A DNA stretch of 63,967 bases, counting the filler, from Sphacelaria rigidula (Eukaryota): NCBI GenBank assembly GCA_964200075.2. It is 2 parts of 2 records of this genome, joined end to end, with 100 filler letters (N's around TTAATTAATTAA, not from the genome) between each part and the next. Parts side by side here need not be neighbours in the genome. Positions count along the whole stretch, not along the records: positions 32,050 to 63,967 come from CAXNAA020000044.1; 1 more part is not named here. One strand, written 5' to 3'. The position numbers and the translations under genes were made by a program. The notes beneath the pieces were generated by a model. That model was not told the DNA's origin. It did no database searches and saw only the letters and a program-made list of their open reading frames with translations. How positions within the stretch are numbered: position 1 is the first letter of the stretch; the number at the start of each line of letters is the position of its first letter. Of the stretch, positions 39,301-52,580 are shown piece by piece.

Positions 39301-39999
39301 AGACGTAGCTCACATGCACATGTTTGACTACAAGTGAGCTACGACCCGGAGATGAGCTAGCTCATGAGCTGTCTGTCGTGTGAAACTATTCGAATTTTTC
39401 ATGACTGCGCTCTTGTGCATTTTTCGCATCTCAAAGTGGTACCTGAAGGTCGTCAATTGTAATGGAAGTACGCTGAAGCCAGTTTTCAGTACGCATTAAT
39501 GCACAGGGCAGAGTACATATTTTCCACAATACACGTGGAACTAGGCGGAGCATGCAATGGTGCGGCTCCTAGTAAAGAAATCGATCTGATTTAGGAACTG
39601 ACGCTGGAAAGAGTTTCAGCAGGATACAGGATACGGTGCGTAACGTGGAGAATATTGGGATGGTCGGCAGAGATACAACAATGCAACGACTCGAAGTTAT
39701 TGATACATTTGCCGCAGAGGTGAATACATGCCAGCACTTGCGACTTTTGGACCAGCTTATTACAATATACAATGCATTCATTTGGCACTGCAAACTCTGT
39801 CTCTCAGCATGGCACACTGTCTCACAAAATGAAACGAAGGCATGAACAAAAATCGTACGTTCTTGAAATCGTAGAATCTTTCTTCACGATAAGTTCCACT
39901 GAGCATGATCGACAATCCAAAAAACGTCGGAACAGAACAAACAAATGCACGCAAAATATGAAGGCGAAACAAACACACACACAAAAGGAGGGCAGACAA

Positions 40000-41640
40000 T
40001 GCTTGAGCTCGGTCACGCATAGGGGACCTACAACGTCCGTACGCCATGCCTCCTGGGAAAGAGTGGAGCTCGCCATGCTGAGGTGGTTTTGCGAAAGTGT
40101 CAAGCAGTGGGGCATGGCGCCATCAGACTGAAGAAGACAAAAACACAGGGCCGACCCACGTTCGTTGCGGCGGGATATCGTGTCTTCCGCTGCGTTACGA
40201 AAGGGGGAAAGGGAAGGGCTGGACAACACGGGGTCGGGTTGGCGGTCAAGGAGTCGACCATCAATACGGCGACGCGGACTCAGGCACTAATCAGCGAACG
40301 CCTCATGTCGACGACTTTCAACCTCGCAGGCTAATCGAATACTACTGCGTTTGTAGTCGCGCACGCCCCTACAGGTGCATTGAAGTCAAGACAAGACAGA
40401 TATATTATTTTGTTACGGTCTGGCGAGATGCCGCAGGGGTGGAAATATGTCACTACTAGAGTGCTACACAAGAAGAAGGATAGGATCTAGTGCGGTAGCT
40501 ACATGGGCATTTCGCTGGTGGCACATGCTGCTAAAGTTCTCCTCAAAACTGCAGCCGCAAGACTCGGTAACGTCTATGTGGAGGTAGCTACCTTCCCGGA
40601 AGAGCGGTGCGGAGTCCGGCGCCAACGATTGACCACCGACATGATGTTCGTAGTACGACGACCACAGGAATTGAGACGGGCGAGCAATGTCCCACTAAAC
40701 ATGTGCTTCATCGACCTGCAGAAGGCTTACGATCCCGTAAACTGCACGCTCCTGTGGGGCGTGCCTGCCCGGTTCGTAGTCCTGCCGTGGATAATGGCAA
40801 TCATCCGTATGTTCCACGACGGCATGCGAGCTTGGGTACAGCTGGATGATGTCAAACTTCTATTCAGCGTGGTTCCACGTCTGCGAGGGAGTCAGACAAT
40901 CATGCGTTTTGTCCCTGCTGTTATTCAACATCTTCGGCGCAGCGTTGGCCGACGTAATTGTTCAGCGGTTCGCGGCGGACCTAGTCCTCGTTTCAGACTT
41001 GGTTTTTCAAGAAGATGCCTTCAAAAGATGACGATGATGAAATTCTGGAAGAGACGCCGCTGGAGAAGGTACGGCGCGCGATGTGAGCAACGCTACATGC
41101 GGGCGACACCGCCGTAGTCTCGAGGACCCCAGACGGGCTTGCCAGAGTGATGGCGGTGGTAATGATGTGCCAGGAGTTCGGATTGACGGTATCGGAGAGC
41201 AAGATAGAATTCATGCACCTACGGTCAGCATCCAGGTTCACAGAGACCACCCTGCACATCAGCGCGGCCGGTAAACGGTATAAGTAGACCCCCAAGTTTG
41301 CTTACCTTGGTGGCGCTGCCAGCGCGGGTGCAAAAATGTCCGTCGAAATCGACCGCCGCATCAATGAGTTGCTTTATTTTGTGGTTTCGCCACTTCCAGA
41401 GACAGCCACGGCTTTTACACTGCCGCATGGGTGTCTAACTGAGGAAGGGATGGAAGAGTTCGAGGACACGTGGCGACGTGAAGGCAAACGAAAATCGGAC
41501 GGCCGGCACAAGAAGGAGTCTGCGGCGTGGAGAGCCGACAATCGGGGAACTGTCATCGCTAGCACAACAACAGCAACATCTCGCGAAGAATCCAAGATGA
41601 TAATTATCGAGGGAATGACCCGCTTTGTACCCAACGAGGG
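40000..41640 (+). mobile_element. Internally deleted, decayed RTE-type LINE
   Basis: [19 protein letters not shown] and SERLMS (APE) joined to MGISLVAHAAKVLLK, DMMFVVRR, MCFIDLQKAYD and GVRQSCVLSLLLFNIF (RT). Confidence 0.9.
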
Positions 41641-42129
41641 ATGAATGTAAGAAGCTGGGCGAACACGGAAGCTGATGTGCCCCTGTCTTTGCCTGTCGGT
41701 TGTTGATCTTGTCCTCGGACGGTGGTATTGCGGTGCTCCCTGGTGCGTGTTCATACCTGCTCTTGTGAATGGTATTTTTTGGGTTTCGTCACTGCTGTAG
41801 TCATCCTCTTCTCTGTCGTCCGTTTCTCTTCCTCTCCATGTATAGGTGTGTGTTTTTCCCTCCGGGTGTGTGCAAGTAATATTTTGGTGCCTCGCTTCCG
41901 TAAGGGGTTCATGCATGAGCGCTTCACACTTGAAATAAGGAGGTCGAAATAGATTAGCCGCACTCTGTTCTCACGGCTTCTTTGTTTTTCCTATCAAGTA
42001 TAAGTGTGTGTTTTTGCGCGATACCTTTTCCACCGAAGCCATGTTGCAGAGGCCGGCCGTTGCTCTCTCTCTCTCTCTCTCTCTCTCTTTTCTTGTCTTC
42101 GTTTTATTTTCTTCTGTTTCTCTCACATG

Positions 42130-44585
42130 TTCTCTCTGGGTTAGAGTTAGACCACCCAATCGACCACCACCGCACCGACCACCACCGCACGGACGGCTGC
42201 GAAGGAGTTCACCGAAGCTATCCTCGAAGCAGCACAGACAGTCCTCCCGGAAGAGACACGGATACCACACACGCCGGAATGGTGTGAAAGCCTCGACACG
42301 AGAGCAACGGTAGCGGCAGGGCCTCCCAAACTACGTGAGGCACGCTAAGTGATGAAGCAAAACCGGACCCCAGCGACGTGGAGAGCACTCGGAGCCGCGC
42401 GTAAGGAAGTACATGCAGCGATAAACGATGGCATCGATGCACATCTGGAGAGGTTCGTGGCGGGGCTAGAAGTGATCTGCAAGGATCGTGACGTGAGGGG
42501 ACTGCACAAACACCTCAAGATATCGGTGGGTCTTGGCAGGAGGCGATCCGGTGGGCAGCGGTTTATCAAGGACGAGAACGGCGCTCTACTGAGCAACAAT
42601 CTCGATATCCGAAAACGTTGACCGGGGTTCTTCCGTATCCTGCTCAACACCAAACCGCCCATGCTGAACCCAACCATCATCGAGGAGGTGAAGCAACCTC
42701 CGGCAGCATCACCCACCGGATATTCGACACCACCTCGGCCAGTCCCAACGTTGGAGAAGACCAGATGAGCAGTCCGGGGGATGCACCACTGGAAACTGAC
42801 ACGACCCCCTCCATGTAGAGCTACTCAAGATCGACAGCCGCGCCGAACCCATGGTTCTCGAACGCTCCTATGTCATTCTCGTCGAGGTGTGGGACGGAGG
42901 GGAAGTCCCGCGGGAGAGGAAAGGCGCAACCACCAAAGTGCTGTGCAAGAAATCGGGCCAATCCAACTGTAACAACCACAGGGGAATCTCATTGGTCTCG
43001 CACGCAGGGAAAGAGCTTCTGAAGATAGTGGTCAACCGCCTCAGCGACTACTGCGAAGACCACGGGATACTACCCGAGGAACAGTGCGGTTTCCGACCTG
43101 ATCGACCCACCGCCGACATGCTGTTTGTAGTACGCCGACTCCAGGAGCTGGGGAGGCGACGGGCGGAGACTACCGCTAAATATGTGCCTCGTCGACCTCT
43201 AGACCTATGACTCGGTCGACAGAGAGTTTCTGTTGCAGGTGCTGGCACGAGCTGGTATTTCGAAGGAGATTGTAGCAGTTATCCGTCAATTTTACGACGG
43301 TATTCAGGCCCGTGTACACATGGGCGACGGGGAGCTCTCAGCGTGGGGTTGGAATCACACAAGGTCTCCGGCAAGGATTTGTGCTGTCTCCGCTGCTGTT
43401 CAATATTTTCTTCGCACCGGTGCTCAAGCTAGTCCTCGTGCGATTCAGCGAGGATGACATCATATATAGAGAGAGAGACAAGGATATGGTACATCTCGAC
43501 GAGGAGATGGAAGGGGGAAAGACCTCTGGAACGCCTAGGGAGAGCAAAAAAGCTACATACCGACGACGCCGGCGTCACCTGGAAATTTCCCGACGGCCTG
43601 GTGAGGATTGTGACCGTTTTAGTGGACGCGTTGGGAGCCCTTGGACTGACGGTGTCGGAGAAGACGGAGACTCTCTTGATGCGAGTACCGGAGAAATCAC
43701 CAAAGAAGGGGGGGGCACCAGCATGACCTCGCCCCCCACTGGTCATCGAAGCAGCGGGCCAGAAGTACGCATAGGCCACTAAGTTCCGACCCTCGGGCAG
43801 ACTCATCAACGAGGATGGCGATTTTACGCGAGAGATCGACAATCAGAGCAGAGCCGCCCAGGAAGTTCTCCCGGGAGCTCTTTGACCTACCGAAAGCACC
43901 GCGGAGACTCAATGTCCGACTGCTGGAAAGCGGAGGCGATGCAGGGCCTACCGTACGGACGCATGATGCGAACCTCGCGTTGCGAGCACTACGAGTTGCT
44001 GAGAAGGATACACGACCCGCTCCTCCTGCGAGTTATCGAGTTCCGCCGCGTATGTGGCACATACCGACAGTATTCATACGCCCAGGCCCTGAAGAAGACC
44101 GAATGCCAAGGAGCTGCTCGCAGTAGCCCTGGCTAGACCGCACAGACGACCACCGAAGCGACCTGCATTCGCGACACTCGTGGGGGGGGAGGATCCAGGA
44201 CCAGGGTATCCGGAGCAAAACTGGCTTAAGTGCCTGAGGGACGATCTCAAGTTTTCGGAGTCACAGACGGCTCTACGGATGACAACCGGCAAACGTTCGG
44301 AGTTGACAGCGTCCTCTGGCCCTCAGCAGCGAAGAAGTAGGGGCGCATATCGTGGCACGCAGGGGTGCTGTTGGGTGCGGAGATGTATACGGCCTAGTGG
44401 CACGAGGACCAAGAAGAGGCCAGCCGAATATGTGCGTTTAAACGTGACATCAAGGAAGTCAATACCACAATGATAACGGCTTAAAGGAGGAGGGGGGAAC
44501 AAACGGGGGAATAAGCGAAGAAAGCTCCAAACCGAGTATGCCAATGCGGCCGCGGAGAGCAGGAGGAAGATGGCAGAACATGGTG
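42130..44585 (+). mobile_element. 5'-truncated, decayed RTE-type LINE
   Basis: [90 protein letters not shown]. Confidence 0.92.
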
Positions 44586-46493
44586 GAGGTCGCAGAAACG
44601 CCCACCATCCCCCCATATATTTCTCCTTCTTGGTAAGTAACTCCTTCCGTGGTACCCCTCCCTCGATGTGGTGCGTTGTTATGTAGTGCTTTTCTTGTAA
44701 ACTCTATTAGTAGTGTATCTGTACATTCAGGTGTCCCTCAAATATCTGCGTACGGCGGGGTGTACGTGATCGGTGAAACCCATCGTGGAACCTCCAGCAT
44801 AATAAGAATGTGGGGTGCCGCGTCGTTGTTTTGGAATTGAGCATGCAAGCAACATGTGTACCTTGATAATTCTAGACCCCCAGGCGTGGTATGGATGGGG
44901 AAAGGACACAGCCGACGTAACACCCGGCGGGTAATACACCTCGGCCTAGTAGAGGTACAAGGAAAGAACGATGCGAATCGTATTGCTATGGTTGGTGATC
45001 TTTGGCTGCTGAATTTAGCTCTTTGTCTGTTTAGCTTCGCGTGTCGAGTGGGAACGTTGGGTTCCGGATCCAGAAGTCCGGATGGTCGCCGACGGCAGGG
45101 GATCTCATGGGGTTAGCAGTATTTATAATATATATTATAATATGTGTATCACGTCTGTGTTGATTGTTCTGTGTCCCAACTTATTTTTATTTGATTCACT
45201 ATACCTTATTTTGGGCAGGTAGCCAGTGAACACGGAAGACTTCCGCATCAGATTCCAAGTACGGAAATAGAAGTACTGCGCAGATATCGGAACGGTTTTC
45301 TAATGTGAAGACAGCAGCGACAACAGCAACAGCAACAACAAAATGTTTTTCATCTTCACTTTTCCTCACTTTTCTTGACTTTTCTTCGGGGAGTGTTTCC
45401 GTTTTCGTCTAGTATCGGGTACGTCTATCATGTGGATAATGACCACGGCTGGGTCCCAGGGGGATTAGGTGATATGCGACAATCGAACCAATCAAGAATA
45501 AAAACTCACGGGCACCCTCGCCCCCTCCAAGGCGTACGTTACGACGAATCAGGTGTCATATTCCAGGAGAGTGTCTTCTTTTCGCAGAAGGGGTGCGCTC
45601 TATTCTGGTGTTGGTCTGCTACACCAGTGCGTGTACTAACAGTACACTATAATAGAGTACATACAGTACCACCAGGCAGTGGAGTATACTGTGCTACTGA
45701 CGATGGTGTACACTAGCCCAGTATATAGTTTTAGTGCAGATATCCTGTGTATAGAACAGACTTTCATGACCCTGAAAAGAGCAGCCGTTGCGATACATCA
45801 GGACTGAGCTTGGTTCTTGCATGATACGCCGACTTGAACCAGACAACCAGACCTAGTTAATGTACCATGATGGACCCTGGGAGAACGTGATGCCGAGCTC
45901 AGCGGTCGGGATGGCGTTGCTCCACCTGTTCTGGACACCGCGACAGCAGCAACCCATCTCGACGCAACGGCCGAGTGGATACGGGCTTTGCCTTCGTGTG
46001 AAATGGTGTAGGCTATTGGTGGTGCCGGTCGTTTTCGCCTCGTCTTTCGCAGCTTCGTGGCAACCTGGTCAACCTCCATACCTATGATACTGTTTTAAGA
46101 GGGTGGAGGTCACCGTGAGAGACGTGAACAAACTACAGACGGTTGGATCGTGGAAAATAACCAGTGGGATTCGTTGTTGTTCTTCGACTACGAGTATGTA
46201 TTTTGCTTCACGCAGATGACCGAAATACAAAGGAGATGGATACTTCCGCTTGTGTATTTGATGGAAGATGGGAGGGTATGTTGCACTTTCCCAGGTCCAT
46301 GTGAGGGGCACGTGGTAACGAGCGTCGATCTACGTCAACGGGTCTGAACTCGAAACCCTCCAGACGAATATGGTTAGGAAAATAAATGATAAGATACCAC
46401 TTAGACACTCTGGGCCAGACCAACCCAAGTTGTGCGCGTCTCTATGCTATAGCCTGTCGTGGTGGATGTACATAGAAAACAACAAACAGGAGG

Positions 46494-46544
46494 ATGCCCC
46501 GGTCAAATGAGGGACGCACGATATTATCATCTTTGCCCCTTGAG
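46494..46544 (+). CDS. TMEM216: TMEM216-like exon 1
   Basis: ATG...ILSSLPLE|gtgggc. Confidence 0.85.
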
Positions 46545-48781
46545 GTGGGCGTAGGCAAATATGATACACCTGGTGTACCGAAATACCTGGGGTACCGAAA
46601 CCAACCGATACTACTATTATACTACTGTCGCGATGTCAGGTACACGTCCTGGGACGGACACACGCCCTCTCCCTCACTCGCTCTACCTTTGGACCGACGC
46701 AATGCCTCGATCCGCTACGTGTTCTGTGCCTTTCTCGCTAGAGCTGTATATTATATGGGTGGATAGCCACTAGTAAAAAATTATCGACACTCCATATTGA
46801 CGCCGCTATTTATCCCATGTGTGATGTCCTTGACAGGTTATACTGTATTTCAACCGATGGTTCAGTATGTTCTTCTTCGCAATGACTCTCTGCACGTACG
46901 CGTACAAGGCGCGGCATTTCTACTATCCGGGGGGAGCTTTGGGGGTCGAAATCAGGTCGGAGACAAGAGTCCTCATGGCTCACCAATTGTAAGCCATTTG
47001 TCGTGTGTGCCGCATGTATCCTGCCGCCCTTAACACGCAGCATGGGCACAACTCCTCCAGCAACATTCAGGCAATCGAAGATCCTGCTACATCACCACCG
47101 TCGCTGGCAAGGTCGGCGCACGGGAAACCTTCTAAACGTCCTTGTTTGGTACTGCTGAATTGCTACTACTTGGATAGACATGACACTAAGTTTAACGTCC
47201 ACGCCAGGCGCAGGTTCAGGTGCCTGGTTCGTGTCGCGGAAGACCACTTGGGCACTTCATCAGTATCATCAGGCATTCCATTGGCATTTTCTTCGGCGGT
47301 GTTTGGGAGCTAGGTTCGCCACCCTGATCAGCCTCGCTTGATGTTCTCCCTCTGTCGCGCTTTTGGATCGCAGTCTCACCTTCTTATACGCGGTGGTGGA
47401 GATCTTGAGACTGTTCTTGGCGTCGAAGGGAAACAAGGCAGAACAGATCAATCCTCTTGTAACGTGAGTTGTTCAGTTGACCCATTTCGGTGGAGGGCAG
47501 GATATTGAGTCCCTATCGATAATAGAAGTAGGTCTATGTCCACCTCTGTCCGCGTGTTCCACGCCTTCGCTCACTAATCATACAAACGCGATGAGACAAA
47601 CGCTGAAAAGCTGTACTTCGACTGTAGAAAATAGCTCGCTGACCTCGGCAATAGCTCCCCACGTTCAGTCATTTTGTTTGTTGACAATTTTTTCTTCATC
47701 GTAATCAAAATTGTTGGGCGCTGAATACACCGTGAACGGTACGCTTAAACTGTTTAGATTTCGCGTTTGGGCAACTTCTGTCGGAGCTGACATCATGTTT
47801 AATCATACCTTGGGCTGATGTTCCCCTGCCCCTCGGGAACATATTTTTATAACCTTCAACCTCAAGCCTCCTCTCCCTGCTTCGCAGCGTTTACACGCCG
47901 TCTCACGTTCCTGAAATGGGGTTCAAGCGCCAGTGTGGTGTTACTCATTAGCTGCAAATGCGGGGTTCAGTGTCGCATGCTATAATGTTTTACAAGTGTG
48001 AAGTTTTCTACAGTTTTGACGCGAACAAAAGGCTATAAGGTCCACGCCCCTGGGACAAACTTTGAAGCCCTAACTCGTGGGAACAACAATTAATTCGTGT
48101 TCATCTTTCAGTCGAGCTACATTGAGATGGTGCTTCAAAAGAATACTGCTGGCCAAAATCGGTCCCGCTCTTGAATTGACCATCATCCACAAAATACGAC
48201 TTTCTACAACTTTGCCGAATGTTAGCTCAATCCAACAGTACAGTAGACACGGGATTTTTTTCCTTGTGAAAAAGCGAGAGCCTAGTTCGGCATGGCTTCG
48301 GGGTACATTGACCATGCAGTTCGTCTTCCAGGTCACAACCAATCACGGACTACTACGAGGACACAATTCCCGCACGAGAACATATCGCAGGATCTGGTCT
48401 TTACAAACACTCTGTTTACCGTACTTCCAGCTGAACGTCCCCCGGTAACATCCGACGAAAGCTCGCTTGGTGCCCTCTCTGTAAATGTAAGATATACCGA
48501 TGACCTGTCAATATGGCCTGTCAGTATAACCAATATTAAAAAAAAAATAGCGGTTGCGCCACAATGTAACTCTTATTCGTTCGTGCGAAAACCCTCGACC
48601 ACTCAGGTCTCTGGGCTTGGCGATTCCGGTGGTGTTGCTCTATGCATACAGTCTATCCCTTCAAACCTACGTCCTTCGGCTGGATGTGATTGTGGCCGTG
48701 ATTGGACTAGCCTTTGTTGGGTTCGAAGGTCTTCTTGGTGTCGGGACGGCAATTTCATTCTATCAAGCTTTCAGAGGCTAA
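46494..48781 (+). CDS. TMEM216: TMEM216-like (Transmemb_17 family) ciliary transition-zone membrane protein, 144 aa, 4 exons
   Basis: Exons 46494-46544, 46837-46955, 47374-47463 and 48607-48781 = 435 nt: MPRSNEGRTILSSLPLE|VILYFNRWF...YKARHFYYPGGALGVEI|SLTFLYAVVEILRLFLASKGNKAEQINPLV|TSLGL...LQTYVLRLDV...FEGLL...*. The LSSxPLE, YK, YP, ExxRLF, KGN and LQTYVLRL motifs match TMEM216 as I recall it; four hydrophobic segments; all introns GT-AG. Confidence 0.92.
46837..46955 (+). CDS. TMEM216: TMEM216-like exon 2
   Basis: gacag|VILYFNRW...GVEI AG|gtcgga. Confidence 0.9.
47374..47463 (+). CDS. TMEM216: TMEM216-like exon 3
   Basis: cgcag|...EILRLFLASKGNK...AC|gtgagt. Confidence 0.92.
48607..48781 (+). 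CDS. TMEM216: TMEM216-like exon 4 (terminal)
   Basis: ctcag|...LQTYVLRLD...FRG TAA. Confidence 0.92.
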
Positions 48782-51700
48782 CAGCTACTTCATCGTACCG
48801 AGGGCTGGTGCGAGGGTACGGTGTGCAGTGATGGGTTAAATCTCCTTTTACTAAACCTAGTACTATAACTACCCCAATCGAAGGTGCACGGAGAACTCTC
48901 GGGAATGAAGTGTACAGGGGGCACCCTAGTCAATTTGTGCGTTCGCAGAGCTCAAACGCATCCTGTGTACACCGGCGAGCAGCTGCGACTTACCCTCGAC
49001 GGATTTGAATTTGTGTGTAACTCTAAGCCGACGTATTTGTATTACGATTTGTTCAACCATGGAGTTTGGTGGCTGAGTTCCTCTTCAAGTTCTACCGTTG
49101 ACAAAAACAAGAGCGACGACACAGTCGGTTTGCTACCGAGAGCTTTGGTCTTGACCTGTTGCGCAAACCCAGGGTCGAAAAGTTGCGATTATAGGAATGT
49201 GTGGGCGGGGATGGCTGGCTATCATCACTACTACATCCCTTCACCTCTGGTCATCTACTGCAACATCGTAAAATCGTGTTTTTGCCACACCGAGGGCATA
49301 TAGGGCGGATTGAGAGGATTACTTATATCTATATATCTATATATATATATATACGAAGTATGTACTTCGTATATGTGTCTGTTGGCGAACATGTCGTTGT
49401 GTTCGGGTGTAGCGCTTACATATTAGTAGTCGCATGGAGGGTGCTAAACAACTACAAGAGCTGACTGGCGCAATTGTTTGAAAGGAGCATCTGGTCATGA
49501 TAGCGCTATCCCTTGCTGAAAGACCATCCAAAATATCGTCGTCTATGGTAAGAATTGAACATAATAATGATGAGCGCATATCACCGCCAGGTAACGTACC
49601 TCTTTGTCACTATGAAGTGCGATGCCCGGATATCGCCGAAAATACTTTGAATAATACTCCGCGATCCGGAAATCATGCCGTATCGGAGCTACGTTCGTGC
49701 GAGTTGGTCGCCGACGGCCATAGTAGGCACTGATTGTTTTTCGTCGAACCGTAGTCCTAACCCAACCCTTACCTCCACCGCATGCCGAGAACCCTCCGGC
49801 GAGGAGGGTACAGAGGGTGCTCTAGGACGAGTGCGCATTGGTGGAGCTCAGATAGTCGGCAACGTATGTACCGTCTCGAGCAAAAACGCTTCCTGGGCAT
49901 GCTGGTAAACACCTGGTACTGTGGACCCGCAGAAGATCCTAATAATATATGATAGTCTAAACCTAAACCAAGTATATAGTTCAACCATGCCATTACTTTA
50001 CATCTCGCGCAACCTTCTGCAGGATTTTGGGTTTATGAGGCGCCCTACGGGTATGAGTGATCGTTTCCGCACACACAAAATAGATTAGCTTGAAGGTACT
50101 GCTGCATGGGTCGTAGAAGCACCCTTCAAATTCGTCTTCAAGTTTTCCTGCGTTTTGTTTAACGTGGGATTTACATTTCATCCCTGGGGTTTATGCATAT
50201 ATATATATATATATATATACGGACATGCCTCGCGAAACGCCGCTGGTCTAAATAACTCAACATGGTTGTCACCGTATCGGCACGTAGTGCGATCTCTTCG
50301 CATCACGTCACTGGGCCCGCTCTTTTTCGCACAATCGTTGAAAGACCACTTGATCCACTTGATGAAGTTCGTTGAAAAGTTCGCATAGATGTTATGGTTG
50401 GGAAGAATGCGAACAGTACTACGGGCGTCAATTCAATCTTGCAGTCCTCGTGGATTGGGCTGTTTCTGCCCACGCGCGCGCTCCTGTTTCCGCTGTCATA
50501 GGTCTATCCTCCAGCTCGAAAGAAGGGCTGCTGTGATACGACCGGCGAGGTGCTGTTGCTATCAATTATGACATATTTCTTCATAATGGCGCTCGTGAAC
50601 ATTTCACTCGGAACCAGATTTTCAGCCTCACCTTATTTGCTGACAGAAGCCACACTGTTCTCGATGTACATGTACCCACCATGACAGTGGCGGGGTCATC
50701 AATACAACTCCATCAATACGCTGGTTAAATTTTCGTGCCTTTTTTTCAAGATGAGGAGCTTTATCTACGTCATACGCATGGACCCTTTGGTTTTTCAAGT
50801 TCCTCATCGATCTCATCAAACGAAGCTCTTCTGCTTCATGAAGGTTTTCGTGGTAATGAAGGTAGCCATCGAGCGCATCAAAACGACAGTGACTGAGGGG
50901 TGCCGCTTGGGTAAAAACTGTGGAGACGACACTGGTACGTGTGTGCCACCTGTGCACGGCTAACCGATCCCGAAGTGTGATCGGGAGTGGACGGAACCGC
51001 TCGGGAAAGCGGGATACCGGACCGGCATAATACGAAGGCCTCCCCATTACTGTCCCGTTTCAAAACCATGTAACGCCTCGTGTTCCCTGACGAGGCACAC
51101 ACGTTCAAAAGCTGAGCTTGACGCTCCTCTAGCTGTCTTCATTGATCATGTGCCCCACATACACCGCATGTTGCAGCGGGTTATTCGAAGATTGTGTTTG
51201 GGATGGAGTCTACGTGTGCATGAAGGATTGATAAAGCCGAAGTCGGCGATGCTCACGGGAAAGGCGGAAGACATTCATATCCTCTGCTTGGTCGCGTATC
51301 GACCTAGAGCTGTCGTACGAAAAATCATCAATAAATTGTGATGAGGCTTCCTCACATATATTTCCAGTTATGTGATGGAGCAAGGATGAAGTACCCTTTT
51401 TCTCCTGGCGTAGGATACTTTATTTTGGCTTCTCGAGACTAGTAAACCACCGGCACACATCACAAGGCACGCCTTGGCTGAGTCTCAAGACGTTGAGCAG
51501 ATGAAAGGTTTTGGAGAGTGTGGGAAGCTTTTTTCTGAGTCAAAAGGCAACAACTGTAGTCAAAAGGAAAGCGTTTTTGTTCCTGCTCACAAGTTTCGGA
51601 GAACAAACGTTCGCGCGATCAACGCCACGTGGTGGACTGTGAACAGCAAGTAAGACTTCACCAACCATCCAGTAAGTTCTGGGTAGGGCATGAAAGAATG

Positions 51701-52324
51701 AACACAGCCGCGTAACTCACGCAACTGGTACCATCGAAGAAAGTGAAGGATCGGAGCGTAGCGGGATCTGCGGTTTGTGTATCGGTACGAATCGTGACAT
51801 AGTGCAACGGATCAAGCTGCCGGATTACAGCGAAGCAAGAATCGGATTCAGCGTAGCCGGGAAAAGGAGTGGTGACAACAGTACAGTACCGCCTTTTTTC
51901 AACAATATCGTCCAGCAACGCAGCAGGCGATTGCATTTTCCCATCCCTCCCACCCAGCGGGGAAGTAATGTCGTGGTAACCATGAAGGATAGCAGAATGC
52001 GCTTCCTAGCGTTTATACGCATACAAGTATAAGCTATTTATGGGCGTGCGGTGCACAAGGGGCACCAGATTGTAGAAATGCTACTCGAGACTGAGGCGAT
52101 ATACCGCCTTTATCTTGAGTTCGGCATTAGTAGCATTTCGCACCGTTTCCTTGCATATGCTTGCCGAGGAAAATTTAATAAAATTACTCCAGATTCACAA
52201 GAGAAGCAAAGTGGCAGAGAACGTGGCGAGTTATCCCTGAGAGCGGCATTTTTCAGTTGGAAACCTCGAAACCTTCTGACGGTTGGGTCATGACGTTGGA
52301 ATCTCGGAGCGATCTGGGATTTTT

Positions 52325-52580
52325 TCTCGCACAACGCCCGACAGTGGAAAGCGACGATGCCGTCGGTACACAAAATTCGACTTCACGGTCGACGATGGAA
52401 AGGGACTGCTGAACCCCTCTCTCGATAAAAATAATGGCAAGCACCGCAGAAGGAAGGTGGAGAACTAAAACAAATGAAGAAAATATAACTCCTGTGTTGG
52501 TCTTCCTTCTGTGTGACCTTGGTTGGTACGCCCACACATACCGAAAGCTGTAGAACGGCGTCCAGAATAGATGGGACAAC
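52325..52580 (+). repeat. Dispersed repeat copy A (partner at 57562-57821)
   Basis: Shared ggtacacaaaa, tcgacga.ggaaagggactgctgaacc, ggaaggtggag, actcctgtgttg, agatgggac. Confidence 0.8.

Noticed and set aside
46908-46914. Possible GC donor in TMEM216 exon 2
   Set aside because: Reading through gives the conserved YP motif and a GT donor at 46956 in the correct phase.
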